DNA of 64,000 bases from positions 332,769-396,768 of the forward strand of contig OZ244779.1 in the NCBI GenBank assembly GCA_965219575.1, given 5' to 3'. Source of the DNA: Candidatus Oxydemutatoraceae bacterium (GTDB taxonomy: Bacteria; Pseudomonadota; Gammaproteobacteria; Poriferisulfidales; Oxydemutatoraceae). The notes under the pieces are model-generated. The model was not told the origin of the DNA, did not search any database, and saw only the letters and a program-made list of their open reading frames with translations. The translations under genes were made by a program, and so were the position numbers. Positions 56,784-64,000 of this stretch are shown here, piece after piece (the stretch's first letter is position 1; each line of letters begins with the position of its first letter).

Positions 56784-58477
56784 GATTGCTCTATGCGTTT
56801 ATTGATTACATATTGTTGTGCAATTGAAAGGACATTGTTGATAAGCCAATAGAGTACCAAGCCCGACGGGAAAAAGGCAAAGAAGACGGTAAAGATAATC
56901 GGTAGCAAGGTCATTATTTTGGCTTGTATCGGGTCGGGTGGTGTCGGATTGAGCTTAGTTTGGATTAGCATCGTGGCACCCATCAGCAACGGCAAAACAT
57001 AGTACGGGTCGCGGGTGGAGAGGTCTTGTATCCAAAACATAAACGGTGCTTGTCTGAGTTCGACACTCTCCAACAGCACCCAATAGAGGGCTATGAAAAC
57101 CGGGATCTGAACCAAAATCGGCAGACAACCGCCCAAAGGATTGATTTTTTCTTTTTTATAGAAGTCCATCATCTCCTTTTGCATGCGTGATTTATCGTCC
57201 TTGAAACGTTCGCGCAATGTCATCAAGCTGGGTTGAAATTTGCGCATTCTTGCCATTGATTTATAGCTCATCTCCGACAGCTTATAGAACACCAGCTTTA
57301 TCAGCAAGGTCAGCAAAATGATTGCAACTCCCCAATTTCCGACGCTACCGTAGATTAAATCCAGCAGCCAAAACAGCGGCTTGGATATGATCGAAAAAAT
57401 ACCGTAGTCGGTGGTCAGTTCAAGGCCTTCTTGTATTTCCTCTAGTTGGTTTTGTAGCTTAGGACCGACAAACAGCCGGGTAATAAATCGTCCTTCCTGC
57501 CCCGGTTCCACGACGATCGGTTGTGAGCGCATCCCTATAATGTATTCCGGGCGCACACCGCCTTGCGCAACCCGAGTGTAAAAATCATTGCTTTGCCCGG
57601 CTTCCGGCAACAGTGCCGAGAGAAAATAATGTTGTAGCATCGCAACCCAGCCTTCGACGACTTCTATTCCGAGTTGCTCTTGCGCAATGTCGTCAAACGA
57701 CAATTTGTTGTATTTACCGTCGTAATAGGCGGCGCCGGTAAAGGTATATAACAAGCGAAAGTCCTCTTCGTCAATATGCCCGCGGCGTAATTGCCGATAT
57801 TGCCTCCCCACCCATGCCGTATCGCTATTGTTTTTCACCAAATGCTCGATGTCTAGCAGATAACTGCCGCGCTTGAAGGTGTATATCTTGTTGACCTCTA
57901 TGCCGTCTCCGCTATTCCAATACAGTGCCGTTCGCAAGACCTCGTCGCCGTCGTCCATCACCGCCTCTTGCTGTTGCGCTTGATATTCTTGGTGATGCGA
58001 GGGGGCTTTTTTTCTGAGTGTGTCCCTGTCAATGCCGGCGATCTGATCATGTAATAACCCCGATTGCATCACATAAAAGTTTGCACCTTCTTTATTGTTC
58101 AATAAACGAAAGGGTCGCTCCGGCGTATCTATGCTTTGCGGTTGTTTCAGCAAGTCGGCACGGATGATGTCTCCGCCTCGGGTGCTGATTTCAAGATCCA
58201 ACACATCGGTTATCACCTTGATGCGACCGCTCAACCCACGCTGTGGCGAGTCTTGTATCACGGCATTGGCTTGACCGGGGTCGTGAACAACCGCCTCGGG
58301 CAGATCGTCTTGGGGTGGTGGTGTTGCGGTGTCTCCGTATCGGTTGATTTCGGCTTGCGATGCCGGGGGTTCGGTCAATGCCGCAAGCTGTTCCGATTGC
58401 CAAGTTTGCCACCTTTCCCATAATAGAAAAAGCACCAATGCCAACGATAAATATAATATGAGGCGCGAATTCTCCAT
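56780..58477 (-). CDS. yidC: Membrane protein insertase YidC
   Basis: GNWGVAII, KINPLGGCLP, ELRQAPF, GLVLYW..NN. Confidence 0.96.
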   Translation of the reverse strand: MENSRLILYLSLALVLFLLWERWQTWQSEQLAALTEPPASQAEINRYGDTATPPPQDDLPEAVVHDPGQANAVIQDSPQRGLSGRIKVITDVLDLEISTRGGDIIRADLLKQPQSIDTPERPFRLLNNKEGANFYVMQSGLLHDQIAGIDRDTLRKKAPSHHQEYQAQQQEAVMDDGDEVLRTALYWNSGDGIEVNKIYTFKRGSYLLDIEHLVKNNSDTAWVGRQYRQLRRGHIDEEDFRLLYTFTGAAYYDGKYNKLSFDDIAQEQLGIEVVEGWVAMLQHYFLSALLPEAGQSNDFYTRVAQGGVRPEYIIGMRSQPIVVEPGQEGRFITRLFVGPKLQNQLEEIQEGLELTTDYGIFSIISKPLFWLLDLIYGSVGNWGVAIILLTLLIKLVFYKLSEMSYKSMARMRKFQPSLMTLRERFKDDKSRMQKEMMDFYKKEKINPLGGCLPILVQIPVFIALYWVLLESVELRQAPFMFWIQDLSTRDPYYVLPLLMGATMLIQTKLNPTPPDPIQAKIMTLLPIIFTVFFAFFPSGLVLYWLINNVLSIAQQYVINKRIEQS

Positions 58478-58494
58478 CTCGTTTTAGCTCGCTG

Positions 58495-58869
58495 TTACTC
58501 GGGACAATGTACCGCTTGCTGCTGCCAAAAATGCGCAAGTTTTTTGTGGAGCATCGGTGCGTCTATTCGGTTTTGTTCGCCTCTATAACTGACTAGATAA
58601 TCCCGTCCGGGTAGTTTTAGTCGGTAGATGCGAAAAGTCTCTTTGATAATTCTTTTAATTCGGTTGCGCTTCACTGCGTGTTTAACTCTTTTCTTTGAAA
58701 TAGCCACTCCTAAACGCGCATGACCACAACGATTGCCTACATGGCGGATTAAAAGATCGCTATCCTTAAATATCTCTGTTCGCTTAGCCGGAAAAATAAA
58801 ATCCGAGGCTTTGCGAAGGCTGAATACTCCTTTTAGATTTTTAACCGCTTTTGCTTCGTCGCCATCCAA
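58495..58869 (-). CDS. rnpA: RNase P protein component
   Basis: RLGVAISKK..K.AVKRNRIKR..KE.FR; start uncertain. Confidence 0.88.
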   Translation of the reverse strand: MDGDEAKAVKNLKGVFSLRKASDFIFPAKRTEIFKDSDLLIRHVGNRCGHARLGVAISKKRVKHAVKRNRIKRIIKETFRIYRLKLPGRDYLVSYRGEQNRIDAPMLHKKLAHFWQQQAVHCPE

Positions 58870-58890
58870 AATAGTTCTATTGCCATTGTA

Positions 58891-59025
58891 TTAAGGGCAA
58901 AGCGCAGATCGACCGCGACGACGACGGGCATTAAGAATCGCACGGCCGCTACGCGTTTTCATGCGCGCACGAAAGCCATGCGTTCGTTTGCGTTTAAGAT
59001 TACTGGGCTGAAATGTCCGTTTCAT
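58891..59025 (-). CDS. rpmH: 50S ribosomal protein L34 (absent from the ORF track)
   Basis: Translated by hand: [44 protein letters not shown]. Confidence 0.97.
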   Translation of the reverse strand: MKRTFQPSNLKRKRTHGFRARMKTRSGRAILNARRRRGRSALCP

Positions 59026-59337
59026 TGTTTGGTCTCTAAAATACTCGGTTCAGGGTGCTTAATGTAACACTTTTGCGCTTTTTTTTCAACTTCGGAGGTT
59101 GACACTTCGGGGTTTGACAGATTAATGTGTTTGCCCATTAATTGAAAATTAATATCAATGCCGTGCTACAACATGGCGAGTTTTTGCGTCAAGTGCAAGA
59201 GCATCAAACCAAATCTTGGATAAATGCCGACATGGGCGACCGTAAGCCATCTCAAACTACCGCATTGGACGCCATTCTAGAAATTGCACAAAAATACAAA
59301 AAAAAGGTTCTAGCAGCGGCGGGAAAAAGTTGGGAGA

Positions 59338-59366
59338 TTGACGAAGTTATGCACCGGTTTTATAAT
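59338..59366 (+). promoter_or_regulatory. Near-consensus sigma70 promoter of paralog 4
   Basis: TTGACG-17 nt-TATAAT. Confidence 0.7.
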
Positions 59367-59398
59367 AGTAATTTACAGACAACAAAGAGAGATTAGAT

Positions 59399-59662
59399 AT
59401 GTCAGAAATAGCACTTTATGACACCTTAAGAAAAATACCGGAAGTGTCCGATGCCGAAGCAAAGGAAGCGGTTGCCGATGTTGCGAGTTCAAAGGAAATG
59501 GCAACGAAGGCAGATATAGCAGAAGTAAAGGGAGAGCTAAAGGCAGATATAGCAGAACTAAAGGCGGACAACAAGGCGGTAAAGTGGATGTTGGGTTTAT
59601 TGCTAGCGATAAATGTTGCCTTTATTGTGTCGGCTGTTAGCTTGCTAGTTAGGTTTGCATAA
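59399..59662 (+). CDS. Small coiled-coil membrane-anchored protein, paralog 4
   Basis: MSEIALYDTLRKI...MATKADIAEVK...LKAD..KWMLGLL TM. Confidence 0.78.
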   Translation: MSEIALYDTLRKIPEVSDAEAKEAVADVASSKEMATKADIAEVKGELKADIAELKADNKAVKWMLGLLLAINVAFIVSAVSLLVRFA

Positions 59663-59685
59663 CTAGATTTAGCTAAGTGTAGTAC

Positions 59686-59763
59686 GAGTGGGGCTGTTGA
59701 AAAAGTACCGTTCTGCACGAACCCAACCGCTATGCGCCGAATAATTATCCAACCCACCTGTAG
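59686..59763. repeat. MITE-family fragment present here but absent from the paralogous site at about 60387
   Basis: GGGGCTGTTGAAAAAGTACCGTTCTGCAC...CCCACCTGTAG, matching 43797-43870. Confidence 0.85.
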
Positions 59764-59851
59764 GGGTGATGTTCTACCTAAATTTAGTGCCAATGCTAAA
59801 GTTGGTTTTCCGATAAATTAGAGAAGTTAAAAACACTGGAGGCGAATAGAG

Positions 59852-59871
59852 CTATTGGAGCGGACCTTCTA
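59852..59871 (-). pseudogene. Orphan remnant encoding ...EGPLQ* (tail of a tag-bearing gene)
   Basis: Minus strand TA GAA GGT CCG CTC CAA TAG at the position equivalent to the stop of 60476-60985 in the duplicated block. Confidence 0.6.
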
Positions 59872-59949
59872 CTGCATTGGATACAATTCTAGAGATCACA
59901 TAAAAATACAAAAAAGAGGTTCTAGCAGCGGCGGAAAAAAGTTGGGAGA

Positions 59950-59978
59950 TTGACGAAGTTATGCACCGGTTTTATAAT
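59950..59978 (+). promoter_or_regulatory. Near-consensus sigma70 promoter of paralog 5
   Basis: TTGACG-17 nt-TATAAT, duplicate of 59338. Confidence 0.7.
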
Positions 59979-60010
59979 AATAATTCACAGACAACAAAGG
60001 GAGATTAGAT

Positions 60011-60364
60011 ATGTCAGAAATAGCACTTTACGACACATTAAGAAAAATAGACGGAGTATCCGATGCCGAAGCAAAGGAAGCTGTTGCCGATGTTGCGAGT
60101 AATAAAGATGTTGCGACAAAGGCAGATATAATAGAGCTAAAAGCGGAAACAAAAACAGATATCAAAGATATGGCGACCAAGTCCGATATAGCGGAGGTAA
60201 AGACCGATATAGCAGAGGTAAAGACTGATATAGCAGAGCTAAAGGCAGATGTAACAGAATTAAAGGCAGACGGCAGGGCTATGAAGTGGATGTTGGGTTT
60301 ATTGCTGGCGATAAATGTTGCCTTTATTGTGTCGGCTGTTAGCTTGCTAGTTAGGTTTGCATAA
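60011..60364 (+). CDS. Small coiled-coil membrane-anchored protein, paralog 5 (expanded heptads)
   Basis: Two ATK(A/S)D motifs and 21-nt K(T/S/A)DIAEV repeats. Confidence 0.78.
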   Translation: MSEIALYDTLRKIDGVSDAEAKEAVADVASNKDVATKADIIELKAETKTDIKDMATKSDIAEVKTDIAEVKTDIAELKADVTELKADGRAMKWMLGLLLAINVAFIVSAVSLLVRFA

Positions 60365-60475
60365 CTAGATTTAGCTAAGTGTAGTACAGGTGATGTTCTC
60401 CCTAAATTTAGCACCGATGCTAAAGTTAGTTTTTCCGATAAACTAGAGAAGTTAAAACATTGGAGGGGAATGGAA

Positions 60476-60985
60476 TTACTGGAGCGGACCCTCTAGAAAA
60501 ACTTTGCTGCGGATGAAAATAGCCGTGCCGGGGTAAAGTAAAGCAAAGTTATTAGGATCCCGTTGGAAACGATCATCAGCATCAAACAACTCAATTCTTA
60601 TAGTTTGACGCCTATCAAAAGGCCTATTCAATGTTAGTCTCAGGGTTATATCGTTTTCGCTAGCAGCAGCATCTATGCAGACGCGATACGTGAGTTGTCC
60701 TCTTAAGTTAGTGCGTGTGAGAGGATTTGTCTGTCCACAGGCAGTATAGCCCGGAGCATCTAAGATGTTTCCCTCTGCGAGAGAAACACCGAAAAATACA
60801 ATTGGATAATCTGCAAAGTTACTACCCGTAATTTGCTCGCTTAAGCTGATGCTGAAATTTATTGTGAAGGTCGTGGTTGATACCATTCCTAGGCTAGCCA
60901 TAACTTGCGCGGAAGCCCCATTTGCCGAGCAGATGAACAGTAAGCACAAACCGGCACGGATTAAGTAATATCGAAAGTATTTCAT
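60476..60985 (-). CDS. Small secreted beta-rich protein with C-terminal IRSKVFLEGPLQ tag
   Basis: Likely start MKYFRYY at 60985, signal peptide ending ASA-Q; last 12 aa identical to 4082-5068. Confidence 0.7.
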   Translation of the reverse strand: MKYFRYYLIRAGLCLLFICSANGASAQVMASLGMVSTTTFTINFSISLSEQITGSNFADYPIVFFGVSLAEGNILDAPGYTACGQTNPLTRTNLRGQLTYRVCIDAAASENDITLRLTLNRPFDRRQTIRIELFDADDRFQRDPNNFALLYPGTAIFIRSKVFLEGPLQ

Positions 60986-61088
60986 ATTGCGCAGTATTAT
61001 ATCAATGTTAGCTATTCCCCCTATGGAGTCCAATATGTATCCGGCATTGTACACCTCTTTCAATACAAAATGTTAAAATATAGATAAG

Positions 61089-62216
61089 ATGAGTATTTCT
61101 AGGGCGGCGCAAGCACGCTTAGATGCGATGCTAAAAGAATTTCAGACACTGGCGCAAAGTCAGGTCGGGTACCCTTGCAATCAGAAATTTGATTATTCGG
61201 AACTATCGTCTTTTATGCGCTATTGTCTGAACAATGTCGGCGACCCCTTTCACAAAAGCAATTTTCTCAGCAACACCCACCAAATAGAACGGGAAGTTGT
61301 CGCCGAGTTCGCCGACTTGATGCGTTTGCCGCAAGCACAGGCTTGGGGCTACGTTACCTCCGGTGGGACCGAAGGCAATATGTACGGTTTGTATTTGGGG
61401 CGCGAATTATATCCGAAGGGTGTCGTGTATTTTTCGCAGGATACGCACTACAGCATACTCAAGATTTTGCATGTGCTCAATGTGCGCAACATCATGATCA
61501 AAAGCCAAGATAACGGTGAAATAGATTACGACGATCTTTACGAGACCATACGCATACACCGAGATGTCCCGGTAATTTTCATGGCGAATATCGGAACGAC
61601 GATGAAGGGTGCGGTCGACGACTTAAGCAAAGTACGTAACATATTGAGTGATTTAACGGTCAACAATTTTTACATACATGCCGATGCTGCGTTAAGCGGC
61701 ATGATCTTGGCTTTCGTCGACGACCCGCAACCCTACGACTTTGATGCCGGCATAGACAGCATAGCAATCAGCGGTCATAAATTAATCGGTGCGCCGTTGC
61801 CGTGCGGCGTGGTGCTGACCCGCCGCGATTATGTCAACCGTATCGCCCGTGCGATTGAATATGTCGGTGTTTTAGATACTACTTTGCCGGGGTCGCGCAA
61901 CGCATTAACGCCGTTGATGTTGTGGTATGCGTTTGAGAAGTACGGTCGCGCCGGCTTTAAGAGCGTAGTGGCAGACATGCTTGCGGTTGCCGAGTATGCG
62001 GTGTTGCGTTTCAACAAATTCGGTGTCAAAGCGTGGCGCAACAAAAACTCGGTCACGGTCGTCATTCCTAAACCTTCGGACACATTTCTGCACAACTGGC
62101 AAGTTGCCTCGGAAGGAGACATTGCCCATATCATCACCATGCCCCATGTAGATCGGGTGCTGATAGACCGACTGGTGGATGAATATGTAAAAGATAGACA
62201 GACACAAGCGGCATAA
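61089..62216 (+). CDS. hdc: PLP-dependent histidine decarboxylase family enzyme
   Basis: GYP.N, NNVGDP, GYVTSGGTEGN, THYS, GTTMKGA.D, HADAALSG, SGHK, GSRN; substrate inferred from family only. Confidence 0.8.
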   Translation: MSISRAAQARLDAMLKEFQTLAQSQVGYPCNQKFDYSELSSFMRYCLNNVGDPFHKSNFLSNTHQIEREVVAEFADLMRLPQAQAWGYVTSGGTEGNMYGLYLGRELYPKGVVYFSQDTHYSILKILHVLNVRNIMIKSQDNGEIDYDDLYETIRIHRDVPVIFMANIGTTMKGAVDDLSKVRNILSDLTVNNFYIHADAALSGMILAFVDDPQPYDFDAGIDSIAISGHKLIGAPLPCGVVLTRRDYVNRIARAIEYVGVLDTTLPGSRNALTPLMLWYAFEKYGRAGFKSVVADMLAVAEYAVLRFNKFGVKAWRNKNSVTVVIPKPSDTFLHNWQVASEGDIAHIITMPHVDRVLIDRLVDEYVKDRQTQAA

Positions 62217-62230
62217 GGAGAACTCGTATT

Positions 62231-62623
62231 GTGAAAAGAATTATTATCATGGCCGAAAACAAGGTCGGGGTTATCGCCGATATCGGCAAAGCTCTAGCCG
62301 AGAACAAGATCAACATAGAGGCGTTGGATGCCGAAAGCACCGGAGACGACGGCATCGTTATATTGATGACCGATGACCCGGACGGTGCTTTACAAGCATT
62401 GACATACGCCGGGTTTAGGGCGGTGAGCGACGAGGCATTGATTCTCAAATTGAAGGACGAACCGGGGGCACTCGCTAAAATTGCCGAAAAATTCAAACAA
62501 TCCAATCTCAATATACGCAGTTTTCACATACTCGGTCGCAAAGCGGGCTATTCTATGGTTGCGTTGACTACCGACGATAGAGCAAAAGCACAAGCACTCA
62601 TAGACGACAGATACATCATATAA
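62231..62623 (+). CDS. Tandem ACT-domain protein
   Basis: ENKVGVIA.I...LA...INI and DEPGALA.IA......LNI. Confidence 0.82.
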   Translation: MKRIIIMAENKVGVIADIGKALAENKINIEALDAESTGDDGIVILMTDDPDGALQALTYAGFRAVSDEALILKLKDEPGALAKIAEKFKQSNLNIRSFHILGRKAGYSMVALTTDDRAKAQALIDDRYII

Positions 62624-62629
62624 ACACAT

Positions 62630-62827
62630 GGGGCTGTTGAAAAAGTGTGGATATCGTGCAAATTCAATCGCTTGCGTCGTTCGGGTTTGGTTTCCATAAA
62701 TTGGATGGATGAGTATATAAACATAGTACAGATGCGACACAACCACCCCGTCAGGCTTCGCCTGCCACCCCTCCAAAGGAGGGGAATGTACCGTCCTACA
62801 GTTCGTGGATACTTTTTCAACAGCCCC
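62630..62827. repeat. Short composite MITE with the double hairpin inside the inverted ends
   Basis: GGGGCTGTTGAAAAAGT...ACTTTTTCAACAGCCCC enclosing GGTTTCCATAAA and CACCCCGTCAGGCTTCGCCTGCCACCCCTCC. Confidence 0.85.
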
Positions 62828-62837
62828 ATATCATTAG

Positions 62838-63281
62838 ATGAAACAAACCAAAGAGTCGATTGACCCGTTTGCCGAAGTCAACCGCAACCGGTCTATTCTA
62901 GAGGTAAGTATGCAAATACAAAAAATCGCACAACACTATCGCTTTGATTGGCGCAATGCAAGGGGCGTGATTGCCAAACTCTACGAGGAACTGGAAGAAA
63001 TAATTGAAGCGGACACCGACACGCCCGAGCGGGAACAGCGCATTGAGGAAGAAATGGGAGACTTTTTATTTACCGCAGTAAGTCTGGCTCGGCACTATTC
63101 CATAAACCCCGAGATTGCCTTGGACAAGGCTAACCGAAAGTTTGAGCGTCGCTTTGAAAAAATGGTGGAGATTATAGAGGAGAACGGTTCAACGATCGGC
63201 TGTGCCACCAAAGAACAAATGGAAGACGCTTGGCACAAAGCAAAGGAACAGGAAAAAGCACCGGTCAAGGCGAACCCATAG
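62838..63281 (+). CDS. Single-domain MazG-family nucleotide pyrophosphohydrolase
   Basis: FDW, EELEE, EEEMGDFLF, ANRKFERRF, W.KAK. Confidence 0.85.
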   Translation: MKQTKESIDPFAEVNRNRSILEVSMQIQKIAQHYRFDWRNARGVIAKLYEELEEIIEADTDTPEREQRIEEEMGDFLFTAVSLARHYSINPEIALDKANRKFERRFEKMVEIIEENGSTIGCATKEQMEDAWHKAKEQEKAPVKANP

Positions 63282-63289
63282 GTTCGCCT
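63268..63289. terminator. Hairpin between convergent genes
   Basis: AGGCGAACC-CATA-GGTTCGCCT; no immediately adjacent U-tract. Confidence 0.4.
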
Positions 63290-63334
63290 CTGCGCAAACG
63301 ATTTTTGTTATGCTTACTTAACGCAAGTTTTGCC

Positions 63335-63859
63335 CTAAAAGGGCAGACCGTGTCCCGCGCCGCCGCCGATCATGCACAGTAGCATCGGTATAGAAAGCAA
63401 AGTGTTAGTACGAGATGCCATCAGTGCCTTCCGCTTGGCCGAGGCTTTCTCTTCGTCGCTAACCTGTATGCCGCCGATGCCCAATACCTTTTTTTGGTTC
63501 GGCCAAATAATGCCCCATACATTGAGCAACATAATGGTACCGAGCCATACACCTACGCCGATAACTTCATAGGGTGGATTGAGCAAAAACACTTTCGTGG
63601 TACTTCCGCCACCGTAGAGAATTTCTATTGCGGCAGCACCGGTGAGCCAGGTAAGCAAGGCACCGTAACGAAACCATGCAAGTGCTCGCGGCGCAACATA
63701 TTTATTGATTGCGGCCGGACCGGGACCGTCTTTGTCGCTCGTCGCCTCGGCAACCGCCGGCACTTGTACGAAATTAAAATAATAGAGCAAGCCTATCCAA
63801 ACAATTCCGACCAATACGTGTAGCCACACGATCAAAGAATTCATGTTCATCATTTCCAT
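63335..63859 (-). CDS. PuuD / urate-oxidase N-terminal family membrane protein
   Basis: WLHV..GI.WIGLLYYFNFVQ, WFR..A, NVWGIIWPNQKK, SRTNTLLSIPM. Confidence 0.8.
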   Translation of the reverse strand: MEMMNMNSLIVWLHVLVGIVWIGLLYYFNFVQVPAVAEATSDKDGPGPAAINKYVAPRALAWFRYGALLTWLTGAAAIEILYGGGSTTKVFLLNPPYEVIGVGVWLGTIMLLNVWGIIWPNQKKVLGIGGIQVSDEEKASAKRKALMASRTNTLLSIPMLLCMIGGGAGHGLPF

Positions 63860-63885
63860 AGTGATATCTCCTTATGTCCGAGACA

Positions 63886-63963
63886 TTAAAGAATTAAGCT
63901 AATTATCGCTGCCAAAATAAAGCCGGCGATAATTGTTCCGGTAATAGAGTCAAGTGGGTTCAT
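63886..63963 (-). CDS. 25-aa single-TM peptide MNPLDSITGTIIAGFILAAIISLIL
   Basis: Strong SD GAGGAGGT upstream of ATG, hydrophobic, directly upstream of the PuuD-like gene. Confidence 0.55.
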   Translation of the reverse strand: MNPLDSITGTIIAGFILAAIISLIL

Positions 63964-64000
63964 AACACCTCCTCTTCGTTAAGTGGGTTTAGCCGACGAT

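Noticed and set aside
59026-59140. oriC upstream of rpmH
   Set aside because: No TTATCCACA-type DnaA box cluster and no dnaA seen; only a short CTTCGG.GGTT(T)GACA direct repeat
59142-59396. 84-aa ORF as a real gene
   Set aside because: No recognisable motif, and its 3' part runs through the duplicated promoter block; at most a gene fragment

Overview
This is a gammaproteobacterial-type chromosomal segment; host association is an inference from the LRR, Calx-beta and kexin-like secreted proteins. The housekeeping backbone is cyoE, gmd-fcl, glnK-amtB, a serine-cycle block (sga-mcl-mtkA-mtkB-hpr), hslVU-ubiEJB-uvrD, a TRAP transporter, thrB, a complete F1Fo atp operon, gshB-ruvX-pyrR-pyrF and rpmH-rnpA-yidC-mnmE. 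Accessory DNA is interleaved throughout. The most notable observations are six. (1) Four otherwise dissimilar secreted proteins share a beta-strand-like tag, IRSKVFLEGPLQ*/QLRVLLEGAL. It is C-terminal in three and internal before an LRR module in one, and an orphan EGPLQ* remnant also occurs, making it a candidate undescribed sorting or docking system. (2) A ~65-70 nt double-UUCG-hairpin element occurs three times; two copies have their own sigma70-like promoter and the copies show pairing-preserving substitutions. One copy sits directly upstream of a NYN/PIN RNase gene that has been split by an IS1595-family element, a type III toxin-antitoxin-like architecture. (3) There are five paralogous small coiled-coil membrane-anchored proteins with variable heptad number. 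(4) A composite MITE/REP repeat family occurs at 8 or more loci. (5) An FGE-sulfatase-domain gene has a 3' end that looks like a DGR variable region. (6) A ~1,700-codon helicase-nuclease ORF broken by two in-frame stops lies next to a solitary methyltransferase. No tRNA, rRNA or CRISPR array was seen. All assignments come from motif recognition by eye; no searches were run.
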